DNA of 64,000 nt, taken from assembly GCA_965214935.1 (NCBI GenBank), contig CBDCCS010000022.1, positions 224,001 to 288,000 of the forward strand, read 5' to 3'. A program made the translations under genes and the position numbers. How positions within the stretch are numbered: the stretch's first letter is position 1; each line of letters starts with the position of its first letter. The notes under the pieces are model-generated. The model saw only the letters and a list, made by a program, of their open reading frames with translations, had not been told where the DNA came from and did not search any database. The stretch is from Candidatus Velthaea sp. GTDB taxonomy: Bacteria; Vulcanimicrobiota; Vulcanimicrobiia; Vulcanimicrobiales; Vulcanimicrobiaceae. This document shows positions 1 to 9,374 of this stretch, one piece after another.

Positions 1-2
1 AT

Positions 3-1070
3 AAAGTTACGATCGCGGATGAAGCGCTGGAAGCGGCCGCAACGCTCTCGGCGCGTTATATCGCCGACCGGTACTTACCCGATAAAGCGATCGACGTGAT
101 CGACGAGGCTGCGGCGACGGCGTCGATGCAAAATAGCGCCCGCGTCGACGCCGAGCGCATTTCCGCCGTCATCTCGCGTTGGACGGGCATTCCGCAAGGC
201 ACCTTGAGCGCCGTGCAGCGCGCCGGCTTACTCGCGTTGGAAGCAGAAATCGAGCAACGCGTCGTCGGGCAGTCGTCCGCCGTTGCAACGGTATCGGAAG
301 CGATCCGCCGGGCGCGCGCAGGCTTGAAAGATCCCCGCAAGCCCGTCGGCGGCTTTCTCTTCATCGGACCCAGCGGCGTCGGGAAAACCGAACTCGGCCG
401 AACCCTAGCTCACGTGTTGTTCGGTACGGACGAAGCGCTCATTCGCCTCGACTTGTCGGAATACACCGAGCAGCATACGATTTCACGGCTGCTCGGAGCA
501 CCGCCCGGATACTCCGGTCACGAGGAGCCGGGTCAATTGACGGAAGCCGTGCGCCGGCGGCCGTACTCGGTCGTGCTCTTCGATGAGATCGAGAAAGCGC
601 ATCCGGACGTCGCCGCGATCTTATTGCAGATTCTCGATGACGGCCGCGTCACCGATGCAAAGGGCCGAAACATCGATTTCCGGCATGCGCTCATTATTCT
701 GACCAGCAATCTGGAACGCGATGAGGTTGAAGCGAATTTGCGCAGCGAGCTGATCGATCGGATCGATGATATCGTTGTTTTTGCGCCGCTCGGAACCCGC
801 GAAATCGAGCAGATCGTCGAATTGCAGCTTACGGCACTTGCCGAGCGGCTCGGGGCGCGCTCCGTATCGCTTGCGTTGACACAAAGCGCGCGGCGTTATC
901 TGGCCAAGCAAAGTCTCGATGCCGGCAACGGTGCACGTTACGTCGCTCGATCGATCGCGCGCTACGTTACGACTCCGCTCTCGAGCGCTTTGCTCAGCGG
1001 GGGTATCGTCGACGGGCAGACCGCGCATGTCGACTACGATGGCCGAGCGATTACCGTGCGGGCCGCATGA
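3..1070 (+). CDS. Clp/Hsp100 AAA+ ATPase (ClpA/ClpC-like), 5'-truncated by window edge
   Basis: Frame is open from base 3 (KVTIADEAL...RYIADRYLPDKAIDVIDEA); second AAA module with Walker A GPSGVGKT, pore loop GAPPGYSG, Walker B VVLFDEIEKAHP. Confidence 0.92.
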   Translation, partial: KVTIADEALEAAATLSARYIADRYLPDKAIDVIDEAAATASMQNSARVDAERISAVISRWTGIPQGTLSAVQRAGLLALEAEIEQRVVGQSSAVATVSEAIRRARAGLKDPRKPVGGFLFIGPSGVGKTELGRTLAHVLFGTDEALIRLDLSEYTEQHTISRLLGAPPGYSGHEEPGQLTEAVRRRPYSVVLFDEIEKAHPDVAAILLQILDDGRVTDAKGRNIDFRHALIILTSNLERDEVEANLRSELIDRIDDIVVFAPLGTREIEQIVELQLTALAERLGARSVSLALTQSARRYLAKQSLDAGNGARYVARSIARYVTTPLSSALLSGGIVDGQTAHVDYDGRAITVRAA

Positions 1071-1657
1071 AGTTCACCGCCGCCTTCGCCGCAGCGCTGC
1101 TGCTCGTTGCGGCGATACCGGCCGGTGCACAGCAGCGGGCGCCGGTTCCGATCGTCCTGCCGGCACCCCCGCCGGTCAGCAATCAGACCAGCAGCGCTCT
1201 GTTTGATGCGATGCTCGCCGTAAGTCGCGCTCAGCTCACCAATCCGCAAGCGGCTCAAACGGCCTCATTCCAATATTTCACCGCCGTGCAACAGTATCGA
1301 AGCGGCGACTTCCGGGCGGCCCGCCGTAGCGCACTTGAAGCGCTCTCGACAGCCTCGCAGCCGGCGCTCGGAGCCGACGCGCACGCTCCGCCTGCTCCCA
1401 TTTTGCCCCCGGGCGCAACGCAGTTGCCGGGAACGCAAGGCGGCTTGTACGGGGCCGATGCACCGGCGATCGATGCCGATACGTTTCTCGCGCTCGCACG
1501 CGGTACGATCGACGATTGCGCCGCCCGGCACGATCGCCGCCTGGCCCAGGCGCAGGCGCGCTACGCTGAAGCCGTGCGCGCATTTGCAGCGCGCAACTGG
1601 GAGACAACGCGCATCGCCGCCAAGGCGGCGATCGATGCTTGCGCAAAACCGCAATGA
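1067..1657 (+). CDS. Secreted helical hypothetical protein
   Basis: ATGA overlap with the Clp gene; signal peptide MKFTAAFAAALLLVAAIPAGA; two TPR-like helical segments. Confidence 0.75.
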   Translation: MKFTAAFAAALLLVAAIPAGAQQRAPVPIVLPAPPPVSNQTSSALFDAMLAVSRAQLTNPQAAQTASFQYFTAVQQYRSGDFRAARRSALEALSTASQPALGADAHAPPAPILPPGATQLPGTQGGLYGADAPAIDADTFLALARGTIDDCAARHDRRLAQAQARYAEAVRAFAARNWETTRIAAKAAIDACAKPQ

Positions 1658-1791
1658 TGCAAATGGTATGCAGCATCACTAATTCGTTGTAACTTTTGCG
1701 ATAGCGTTTACCGGATCTAGTCCAAACGGCCTGTATGAATGGACTAGAGGCCCCAGACGCCGGCTGAGGCGACGACGCACAATGCAAGCAT

Positions 1792-4161
1792 ATGTTTCGA
1801 CGACTCTTGCCGGTAATTTTCTTGTCCGCTGCATTTTCGGCTTGCGGCGGCGGCGGTTCAAGTTCTTCCGGCTTGCCGCAAACGTCGAAGCTTCCAGCAC
1901 CGGCGGTGCCGACGCAGAGCGTCACGGTTGCAATTACGATTCCGGCGTTGCCCGCCGCAGCAGCGAATAAAGCGCGACATCCGTTGTATGTTTCGGCGAG
2001 CACGCAGTCGGCAGCGATCGCCGTTAACGGTGGCCCGGCGATTATTACAAGCTTGGCGCCGACTTCAGCGAATTGCCCGCCGAGCGCGGGCGGCGGCCGG
2101 ACGTGCACGATCGCGGTCAGCGCGCCGGCCGGCAGCGATACTTTCGCTGTCTCGCTTTACGCATCGACGGACGGCAGCGGCGCGATTCTTTCGACCAGCA
2201 CGAGTACGGCGACCGTCGTCGCCGGCCAGGCCAACGCGATCAGCATGGTTCTCGGCGGCGTCGTTTCGTCGATCGCGCTTACGCTCAATCCGGCATCTCC
2301 GCCGACCGGTAAGGCGGCGACGGTCGCTTTGACGGTGACGAGTAAAGATGCCGCCGGACAGATCATCGTCGGCAGCGACGCATTCGCCAATCCGATCAAA
2401 CTTAGCGACAGCGACGGCACTGGTGCGACGGTTTTATCGAAAACCACCGTCACGACGCCGGCGGACCAACCCAGCATCACATACAATGGCGCGACGATTG
2501 CTTCAGCGCTTTTCAGTGCGACGGCGTCCGGTGTGCCGAGCGCAAACATTACGAACGCAACACTGACACCCAGTGCAACGACGGTGCCGCCTTCGACGCT
2601 CGTCGATTGGCCGCAATACGGCTTTGACGCCCAACGCACCGGTTACAATCCGTCGTCGACGGCAATCACACCGACGACGGTCGGCCAACTGCACCTCGCT
2701 TGGCACACGTACATCGGCGGCGGATCGCAAACGCAGCCGGTCGTTGCGACGAACGTTGCGGGCCACCAGGCGCTCCTCATCGTCGCAGGATACAAGACCG
2801 TTTATGCCTACGACGCGCTCACCGGCACGCAGATCTGGTCGAGAGGTTTGCCCACGCAGTTTTACCAGGAGTGCTACCCGGCGGGTACCGGCGGCACCGT
2901 CGTCTACGATAGCGCGCTGGCTTCGGTCTTCATCTCTGCGGGCAATGGCACGGATCCGAATCACGTCATTCTTTATCGCTTGAGCGTTACGGACGGTACG
3001 ATCACCGGTCAAACCGACGTCACGCCGACGCTGCTGACCGGAGAGTCAACCGGCGGACACACCGCAGTCACTCTTGCAAACGGGACGCTGTACCTCGGCA
3101 CCGGTTCAAATTGTGAGGGCACGTCGGGCAGCCGGCCGGCATGGCGCGGCCGCGTCGTTGCGGTGAATCCGAGCAGCATGACCCTGCTCAATACGTTCTA
3201 CACGACGTTCGGCCACGGCGGTAATTTTGCCGGTGGCGGTGTATGGGGCTGGGGCGGCGTTTCGGTCGATCCGAGCGGTAACGTCTATGTTGCAAGCGGC
3301 AACGCGGCAACCCGTCAGACGGCTTCGCCCGGAGTGATCAGCGCGCCGTTCGATGCGACCGACAACGAGCAGGCCGGCTACGCCGAACATCTGGTTAAAC
3401 TTAGCGCCGACTTGTCGACGGTTGAAGGCTCAGATTACCCCGGTTTCAACTTTGCCATCGGCGGTGAAGATCTCGACTACACGGGCGTACCGGTCGTTTT
3501 CACGCCGCCGTTCTCAAGCGGCTGCGGAACGCTGACGGCTACGCAGGGCAAAGCCGGAACGCTCGTCGTCAACAACACGCAGCAACTTTCGCCCAATGTT
3601 GCGACCTTTAAGTTGTCCATCCCGAATGCCGCTGCTTTCTATTCCGGCAATCCGGCCTACTCACCGGCTACCGGTTATCTCTACGCCGCGGTCACGTCGG
3701 CCGGCGGCGGCTCCTCAACGTTGCCGCCGGGTCTTGCAGCGATCGGTAACTGCGGCACCTCGATTGCCTGGAACACGGCATTCGGACCGGATTCTTACAA
3801 CTATGGCGTTGACGCGCATCCGGCGCGTTCCGCCCCGACGGCCACGGCCGGCGGCGTCGTGTTCATGGGCACGCCCTGCACGCCGGACGGAAACGGCGGC
3901 TGCACGACGGCGAATCCCAGCAATATCAAGGGTGCGGTTTGGGCACTCAATGCGACCAACGGCAATCTGCTCGGCAATGGAAAGCCGCTTCTCTCGACCA
4001 CCTCGAACATTCGTATGCCGGCGAGCGTCGACGGCAATTGGGTTTGGCTGATCGACGAATACGGCGACCTCTATGCACTAACCATCGACCCGTCCGTGAA
4101 AACCGTCACAGCCGGAGCGACGAGCCGCCCGACGCAGCGGTACCAATACCGCGCACATTAG
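1792..4161 (+). CDS. Lipoprotein with PQQ-binding-like beta-propeller
   Basis: Lipobox FSAC-GGG; DWPQYGFDAQRTGYNP, YAYDALTGTQIW and GGGVWGWGG motifs typical of PQQ-like propellers; Ser/Thr-rich N-terminal stalk. Confidence 0.8.
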   Translation: MFRRLLPVIFLSAAFSACGGGGSSSSGLPQTSKLPAPAVPTQSVTVAITIPALPAAAANKARHPLYVSASTQSAAIAVNGGPAIITSLAPTSANCPPSAGGGRTCTIAVSAPAGSDTFAVSLYASTDGSGAILSTSTSTATVVAGQANAISMVLGGVVSSIALTLNPASPPTGKAATVALTVTSKDAAGQIIVGSDAFANPIKLSDSDGTGATVLSKTTVTTPADQPSITYNGATIASALFSATASGVPSANITNATLTPSATTVPPSTLVDWPQYGFDAQRTGYNPSSTAITPTTVGQLHLAWHTYIGGGSQTQPVVATNVAGHQALLIVAGYKTVYAYDALTGTQIWSRGLPTQFYQECYPAGTGGTVVYDSALASVFISAGNGTDPNHVILYRLSVTDGTITGQTDVTPTLLTGESTGGHTAVTLANGTLYLGTGSNCEGTSGSRPAWRGRVVAVNPSSMTLLNTFYTTFGHGGNFAGGGVWGWGGVSVDPSGNVYVASGNAATRQTASPGVISAPFDATDNEQAGYAEHLVKLSADLSTVEGSDYPGFNFAIGGEDLDYTGVPVVFTPPFSSGCGTLTATQGKAGTLVVNNTQQLSPNVATFKLSIPNAAAFYSGNPAYSPATGYLYAAVTSAGGGSSTLPPGLAAIGNCGTSIAWNTAFGPDSYNYGVDAHPARSAPTATAGGVVFMGTPCTPDGNGGCTTANPSNIKGAVWALNATNGNLLGNGKPLLSTTSNIRMPASVDGNWVWLIDEYGDLYALTIDPSVKTVTAGATSRPTQRYQYRAH

Positions 4162-4182
4162 CTCCAGCAGGCAAAAACGAAC

Positions 4183-4220
4183 AACCGGTCGTGCAGCGTA
4201 TGCGCGACCGGTTTTCTTTT
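4183..4220 (+). terminator. Rho-independent terminator
   Basis: AACCGGTCGTGCA-gcgta-TGCGCGACCGGTT stem-loop followed by TTCTTTT, ~20 nt after the stop codon. Confidence 0.8.
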
Positions 4221-4398
4221 CAATGAAACGAACCGGCTGCGCGGTGCGCAAGCCGGGACTTGACTCAAATCCCCACCGGCCATCGACGCCGCTGCTGATC
4301 GGTAGCCGGCGCATTCAATCGTCATCCGTTTGCATCGCTGTTGCGCGGTCTGACGACGGCGGAACGAACTTGCGGTGCGACCGCGAATACCGCCCACG

Positions 4399-5337
4399 AT
4401 GTGCCCGACGAAGCGATGCCGATGTGTCTACTTGATCGTCTCACACACGCAACCCCAAGCCGTCGCTCGACTCGCGCGTACCATTCTTGCGCAGTCACCG
4501 GCATCTTGGGTGCTCGTCCATCACGATGCCTCTGCAGGTGTGTTTCCGCGCGACGTCATTGCCGATTTGCCCCGCACGGTAATCGTCGAGCACCCCGTAC
4601 GAGTTACGTGGGGCACGTTTGCGCAGGTTGAAGCGGTGCTTCGATCGCTCGCGCAGCTGCGAGCAATGAACGTCGAATACGATTGGATTACACTGATATC
4701 GGGACAGGATTATCCGGCACGCCCGCTCGTTCAATTTCAAGAAATGCTCGCACATACGAATGCCGACGCGATCATGACATACGCAAAGATACATGCGGCG
4801 GATCGCCATCTCTACGATCGCTACAACTTCCGTTACGCGCGATTATCGGCTAAGGAATTGCCTCGTGTCTTACGTGCTCGCGGCTACTACGATCGGATCT
4901 TTAATCGCGTGCAGCCGTTTCTCCGGATACAAACGGCGCCGCGAGGAACGTTCATCGGGCGACGTGCGATCCGGTCGATTATGAACTTCGGCATCCCGGT
5001 TTTCAAAGGCTCGACGTGGTGGGCAATGTCGCGTAAAGCCGTTGAAGCCGTAATGACCGCGATTGCCGACCAGCCGGCATATGTCGACCGCTATGCGCGA
5101 ACACTCTCATCCGACGAGTCGATCTTTCACACGATCGTGCTCAATACACCGGGCTTAACAACTGAAAATGCAGAGTTGCACTACACCAATTGGCGACCCG
5201 GCAAGGCGAGCCCCGAATTTTTGACCGTCACTGATTTGCCGGCGATTCGCACGGCACACCGTTGGTTCGTTCGAAAAGTCGATGCAAACGATGGCGGCTT
5301 ACGCGACCGGCTGGATGCCGAATGCTCGCCGGTCTAA
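4399..5337 (+). CDS. Glycosyltransferase family 14 (core-2/I-branching-like beta-1,6-GlcNAc transferase)
   Basis: YLIVSH...HHD, V.WG, ISGQDYP, GSTWW, DESIFHT motifs; start uncertain (4375/4399). Confidence 0.85.
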   Translation: MCPTKRCRCVYLIVSHTQPQAVARLARTILAQSPASWVLVHHDASAGVFPRDVIADLPRTVIVEHPVRVTWGTFAQVEAVLRSLAQLRAMNVEYDWITLISGQDYPARPLVQFQEMLAHTNADAIMTYAKIHAADRHLYDRYNFRYARLSAKELPRVLRARGYYDRIFNRVQPFLRIQTAPRGTFIGRRAIRSIMNFGIPVFKGSTWWAMSRKAVEAVMTAIADQPAYVDRYARTLSSDESIFHTIVLNTPGLTTENAELHYTNWRPGKASPEFLTVTDLPAIRTAHRWFVRKVDANDGGLRDRLDAECSPV

Positions 5338-5367
5338 CTCGATCCGGCCCACCGGCACCTTCGACGT

Positions 5368-6021
5368 CTACCCGTCGCGATACTTAATGAGTCTCGCGGG
5401 AACGCCGGCGACGATAGCAAACGGCGGCACGGACGTCGTAACGACGGCACCGGCTGCGACAACGGCGCCTTCGCCGATCGTTACGCCGGGCAAAATAACG
5501 ACGTTTGCGCCGATCCAGCAGCGTCGACCGAGGACGACATCCGCTTCGAGCCACGGCTGATCTTGAATGGGTAGATTCCGGTCCGCAGTGCCGTGATTCG
5601 AGGTCACGATCGTCACATTCGGACCGATCAACGCCTCGTCTTCGACTATTAACATTGCACCCGGTGATGCCCAAAGGCGATTCTCGGCGCCGAATATCAC
5701 CGCTTCCCCGACCGATATTTGTTCCGGATATTCGATCGAGCAACGCCGGTTGAAATAAGTTCGCTTTCCGCAGCGCGCGAGTCGCGTCCGCGGCTCCGTA
5801 AACGCATTGATCTGGCCCAGTACGATTTCAGCGATCGCCTTGGGCCCAAAGCGAGCGAACAACAGCATCGTACGCAGCACCGGGCGTATGCGCGTCAAGC
5901 TAATGGCCGCCGTTTCTACCGGCGTCCATGTCGTCTCCGCGCTGTGCATCAGCGTACGTCGCGCCGCAACGGCCCGCGCTGCGCCGGGGCGCGACGGGTT
6001 GCCCGGCCGAGCACGATACAT
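5368..6021 (-). CDS. Hexapeptide-repeat (LbH) O-acetyltransferase
   Basis: IGPNVTIVTSNH, CWIGANVVILPGVTIGEGAVVAAGAVVT, VAGVPARLI. Confidence 0.9.
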   Translation of the reverse strand: MYRARPGNPSRPGAARAVAARRTLMHSAETTWTPVETAAISLTRIRPVLRTMLLFARFGPKAIAEIVLGQINAFTEPRTRLARCGKRTYFNRRCSIEYPEQISVGEAVIFGAENRLWASPGAMLIVEDEALIGPNVTIVTSNHGTADRNLPIQDQPWLEADVVLGRRCWIGANVVILPGVTIGEGAVVAAGAVVTTSVPPFAIVAGVPARLIKYRDG

Positions 6022-6032
6022 CGATCATCGCG

Positions 6033-6974
6033 TTAGCTAAACGACGGAAAGCCGATAGCTGCGGCGTCAACACGCATCTGCGCGAGCAATGCATCGACGG
6101 TCTCGAATCGTTGCTGGGGCCGAATGAAGCGAAAATTGCGCAGCGCCAATTCCTCACCGTAAAGCGAGCCGCGAAAATCGAGCAACCAGGCTTCAACGGT
6201 TCGCCGTCTACCGTCGAACGTCGGGTTCGTGCCGATCGAAACGAGACCGGCGTAATCGCGTCCTTCGTGCCGGCCGCTCGTCGCATAGACGCCGTCGGGC
6301 GGAAGCATCTTTTCACTCGGTACGTCAATATTTGCCGTCGGATAGCCCAAGTCGTGTCCGCGACCGAAACCCAGGGTCACGATCCCGCGTAAGCTGAACG
6401 CCGAGCCCAGCAAGCGATCCGCTTCGCTAAAGTCGCCGTTAGCAATGGCGGTTCGCACGCGCGTACTCGAGACTCGGTCGCCGCCGTCGGTTTCGTTGGG
6501 GACGGCAACGAATGCGAGCCCCCGTGAGAGAAGGTGCGACTCGGCGAAAGTCACGTCGCCGCTGCGTTTTACGCCGAAGCGAAAATTTTTCCCGACAATC
6601 ACCGCTCGAGCACCAATGCGCTCGACGATGGTCTCGTCCAGGAACTCCTGCGGTGTGAGCGTCGCCATTGCCGCATCGAAGGGCAGCACGAACGCTTCAT
6701 CGATCCCGGCGCGTGCAAAAGCGTTGATGCGCTCTTCGAGCGTCATGATGAGCGGCGGATTCGACTCAGGCCGTAAAAACGTCGCCGGATGGTTTCTAAA
6801 CGTAACGATGGCGGCTCGCTCGCCGGGCCGCCGAAGCGAAAGTAAGGCCCGCACGATCGCCCGATGGCCTCGATGAAAGCCGTCGAAAAATCCGACGGCG
6901 ACAACAAGCGGCAGCGACTGCGGTTGGGAGCGCGTCCGATCGGTTCGCGCCGGTAATGCGTGATGAACCTTCAA
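6033..6974 (-). CDS. ribF: Bifunctional riboflavin kinase/FAD synthetase
   Basis: GFFDGFHRGH, SSTRVR, GRGHDLGYPTAN, SIGTNPTF; downstream of truB. Confidence 0.97.
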   Translation of the reverse strand: MKVHHALPARTDRTRSQPQSLPLVVAVGFFDGFHRGHRAIVRALLSLRRPGERAAIVTFRNHPATFLRPESNPPLIMTLEERINAFARAGIDEAFVLPFDAAMATLTPQEFLDETIVERIGARAVIVGKNFRFGVKRSGDVTFAESHLLSRGLAFVAVPNETDGGDRVSSTRVRTAIANGDFSEADRLLGSAFSLRGIVTLGFGRGHDLGYPTANIDVPSEKMLPPDGVYATSGRHEGRDYAGLVSIGTNPTFDGRRRTVEAWLLDFRGSLYGEELALRNFRFIRPQQRFETVDALLAQMRVDAAAIGFPSFS

Positions 6975-7849
6975 TCGAAAACCCGCCGCGGTGCTAACAA
7001 AACGCCGAGCGTTTCGCCGACACCGACAAGCGAACGCGACGCATCGCGTACGAAAACGTGTTTGCCGGCCGGTGAATTTGCTAACGTAACAACGCGGCCC
7101 GCGCGAAAGTCGGTCGCCCGGTGCACGTCGAGCACGACAGTCGGAATCGGGATGACCCGTTCGGGCGGAACGAGCGCAGCTACCGGATCGGCCGCGACTT
7201 CGTCGAGCGTGAGGCTTTCATACAGCACGAACGGCCCGGACGCTTCGCGTACCAGGGCGCCCATGTGGCCGACGGTCGCGCAGGCACGAGCGATGTCTTC
7301 GCAGAGCGTTCGAATGTACGTACCTTCGCTGCAGGCGATCCTGAGCCGAACGACCGGACCTTCGCGTCCAAGCAATGTCAAACCGTAGATCGTGACCGTA
7401 CGAGGCGAACGCACGACGGATTTTCCCGCCCGTGCCAATTCGTATAATCGAACCCCGCCGTGATGCACGGCCGAATACATGGGCGGCGTTTGTTCGATCG
7501 CGCCGGTGAAGCGGCCGATGCACCGAACGAGTCGCTCGTCGATGTCGAAGGGGATCGACTCTTGCCCGCACGTTTCGCCGGCGCCGTCGCCGGTCGTCGT
7601 CGCGCGTCCAAGAACGAGCGTACAAACGTACGCTTTACGACGGTCCTCGATGAGCGGCAATAAGCGTGTTGCCTTGCCGAGTGCAATGGGCAAAACGCCT
7701 GATGCTTGCGGATCGAGCGTGCCGAAATGTCCAACCGCCAATTTTGCGCGCTCGGCTTGGCGGTAGATGCGCCGAAGCCGTGCACCGAATTGTGTCGACG
7801 TCGGCCCTGCCGGTTTAAATAAGCTGATGAACCCCAGCACGGACGTCAA
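6971..7849 (-). CDS. truB: tRNA pseudouridine(55) synthase
   Basis: KPAGPTS, GHFGTLDP, PPMYSAV, CSEGTYIRTL. Confidence 0.97.
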   Translation of the reverse strand: MTSVLGFISLFKPAGPTSTQFGARLRRIYRQAERAKLAVGHFGTLDPQASGVLPIALGKATRLLPLIEDRRKAYVCTLVLGRATTTGDGAGETCGQESIPFDIDERLVRCIGRFTGAIEQTPPMYSAVHHGGVRLYELARAGKSVVRSPRTVTIYGLTLLGREGPVVRLRIACSEGTYIRTLCEDIARACATVGHMGALVREASGPFVLYESLTLDEVAADPVAALVPPERVIPIPTVVLDVHRATDFRAGRVVTLANSPAGKHVFVRDASRSLVGVGETLGVLLAPRRVFD

Positions 7850-7939
7850 TGCGCGCGCCGCTGCGCGAACCGCGCCGATGCACGTTGCCCCAAGCGCATC
7901 ACGACTGATGCGCCTGAAAGCTTACCGGCGATACGATCG

Positions 7940-8923
7940 TTACAGGCCCTGTGCTTTGAGTGCTTGGTGTACGCCTTCGACTGCCGCTGAAAAGTCGCCG
8001 TCGAAGGTCAGACCGGACGCCATGAAATGACCGCCGCCGCCAAGTGCCGCAGCCGCGAGTTGGACGTTGACCCGGCCGCTCGAGCGCAGACTGACCCGGA
8101 CTGCGCCATCGAAATCCTTGAATAGCGCGGCAGCCTCGACGCCTTCGACTGCACGTAGATGCTGGATGATTTCTTCGGTATCTTCACCGTCGGCGTTACA
8201 AGCGGCGAGCATTGCCGAATCGACGTGCGTCCAGCAATAGCGTCCGCTCTCTTCGAGCCGTGCGCGCTCGAGTGCCATGCCGAGCAGCTTCGTCGCGGCA
8301 AAACGCTTGTTTGCGAAAATCTCTTCGGTAATGAGCGGTTTGTCCGCGCCGGCTTCCATGAGGTCGGCCGAGACGCGCAGCACTTCACTCGTCGTATTCG
8401 TGTGCATGAAGGCACCGGTATCGGTCATAATCGTCGTCAATAGATTCGTCGCAATGCCTTTGGTGATGGGTACACCTAGCGCACGCAACAAGTGCACGAC
8501 GCAGCTTCCGGTCGACGCTTCTTTTTCGAGAATGTAATTAAGCTTTGCAAAACGCGAATTGCCGAGATGATGATCGATGTTGAGCATATTTTCGCGATCG
8601 ACGGCCGGCAGATACTCGCCCGCTCGGGTCGAGTCACTCATATCGCAAAACACCCAAAGCGTATCGGCAGGCAAATCGTCGGGTACGCTACGCGAGACGA
8701 CCTCCGCACCCGGTAAAAACCGCAAATTGCGCGGCACCGGATCCTGCTGAAAGTAACCGACACGCTTGCCCAGCGACGTCAACGCAAGGCCGAGCGCCAG
8801 TCCGGCGCCCAGCGTGTCACCATCCGGCTTGACGTGCGATACGAACATGAACGACGACCGGGCACGTAATTCAGCGACAACTTCCGACGTCGTTGCAGAC
8901 GCCGTCATGATACTACTCATCAA
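7940..8923 (-). CDS. nrnA: DHH/DHHA1 oligoribonuclease / pAp phosphatase
   Basis: HVKPDGD, IDHH, TDTG, VSLRS, GGGGH; between rbfA and truB. Confidence 0.93.
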   Translation of the reverse strand: MMSSIMTASATTSEVVAELRARSSFMFVSHVKPDGDTLGAGLALGLALTSLGKRVGYFQQDPVPRNLRFLPGAEVVSRSVPDDLPADTLWVFCDMSDSTRAGEYLPAVDRENMLNIDHHLGNSRFAKLNYILEKEASTGSCVVHLLRALGVPITKGIATNLLTTIMTDTGAFMHTNTTSEVLRVSADLMEAGADKPLITEEIFANKRFAATKLLGMALERARLEESGRYCWTHVDSAMLAACNADGEDTEEIIQHLRAVEGVEAAALFKDFDGAVRVSLRSSGRVNVQLAAAALGGGGHFMASGLTFDGDFSAAVEGVHQALKAQGL

Positions 8924-9263
8924 TCACATGCGCTTTCTCGAGCGTTTTCGACAATGCGATCGCCCGCTCCGTCGTCCGATCCTCGACGAATGTTAATTCC
9001 GGTGTATGCCGCAACGCCACGGCTGCACCAAGTTCGCCGCGGATGAATCCGGCTGCGCTTTTCAATGCGTCCATCGTTTGACGCGCAGCATGCCGGTCTC
9101 CGATAATCGAGACGAAGACTTTACAGAACATGAGATCTTGGGTGACTTCGCAGCGCGTAACGGTTGCAAAACCCATGCGCGGGTCTTTAACATCGAGCGA
9201 GATCGTTTTCGAAAGCGCCCGTTGGATCTCGTGATCGATCCGCCCTTGCCGTTCCCGCTTCAT
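8913..9263 (-). CDS. rbfA: Ribosome-binding factor A
   Basis: VKDPR, VTRCEVTQDL, LRHTPELTF; downstream of infB. Confidence 0.96.
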   Translation of the reverse strand: MKRERQGRIDHEIQRALSKTISLDVKDPRMGFATVTRCEVTQDLMFCKVFVSIIGDRHAARQTMDALKSAAGFIRGELGAAVALRHTPELTFVEDRTTERAIALSKTLEKAHVIDE

Positions 9264-9374
9264 CGACGTCCCTGTCCGGCCGCTCGGCGCTTATCTGACG
9301 GCAACGGACGACGCGGCTGCCGCTGCACGCTTCGCCTCATCATGCAGACCCGCGCCGCACGTCCTTCTGCCACC

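Noticed and set aside
9260..9343. Possible 27-aa peptide between infB and rbfA with ATGA overlap
   Set aside because: No resemblance to the DUF503 gene sometimes found here; unsupported
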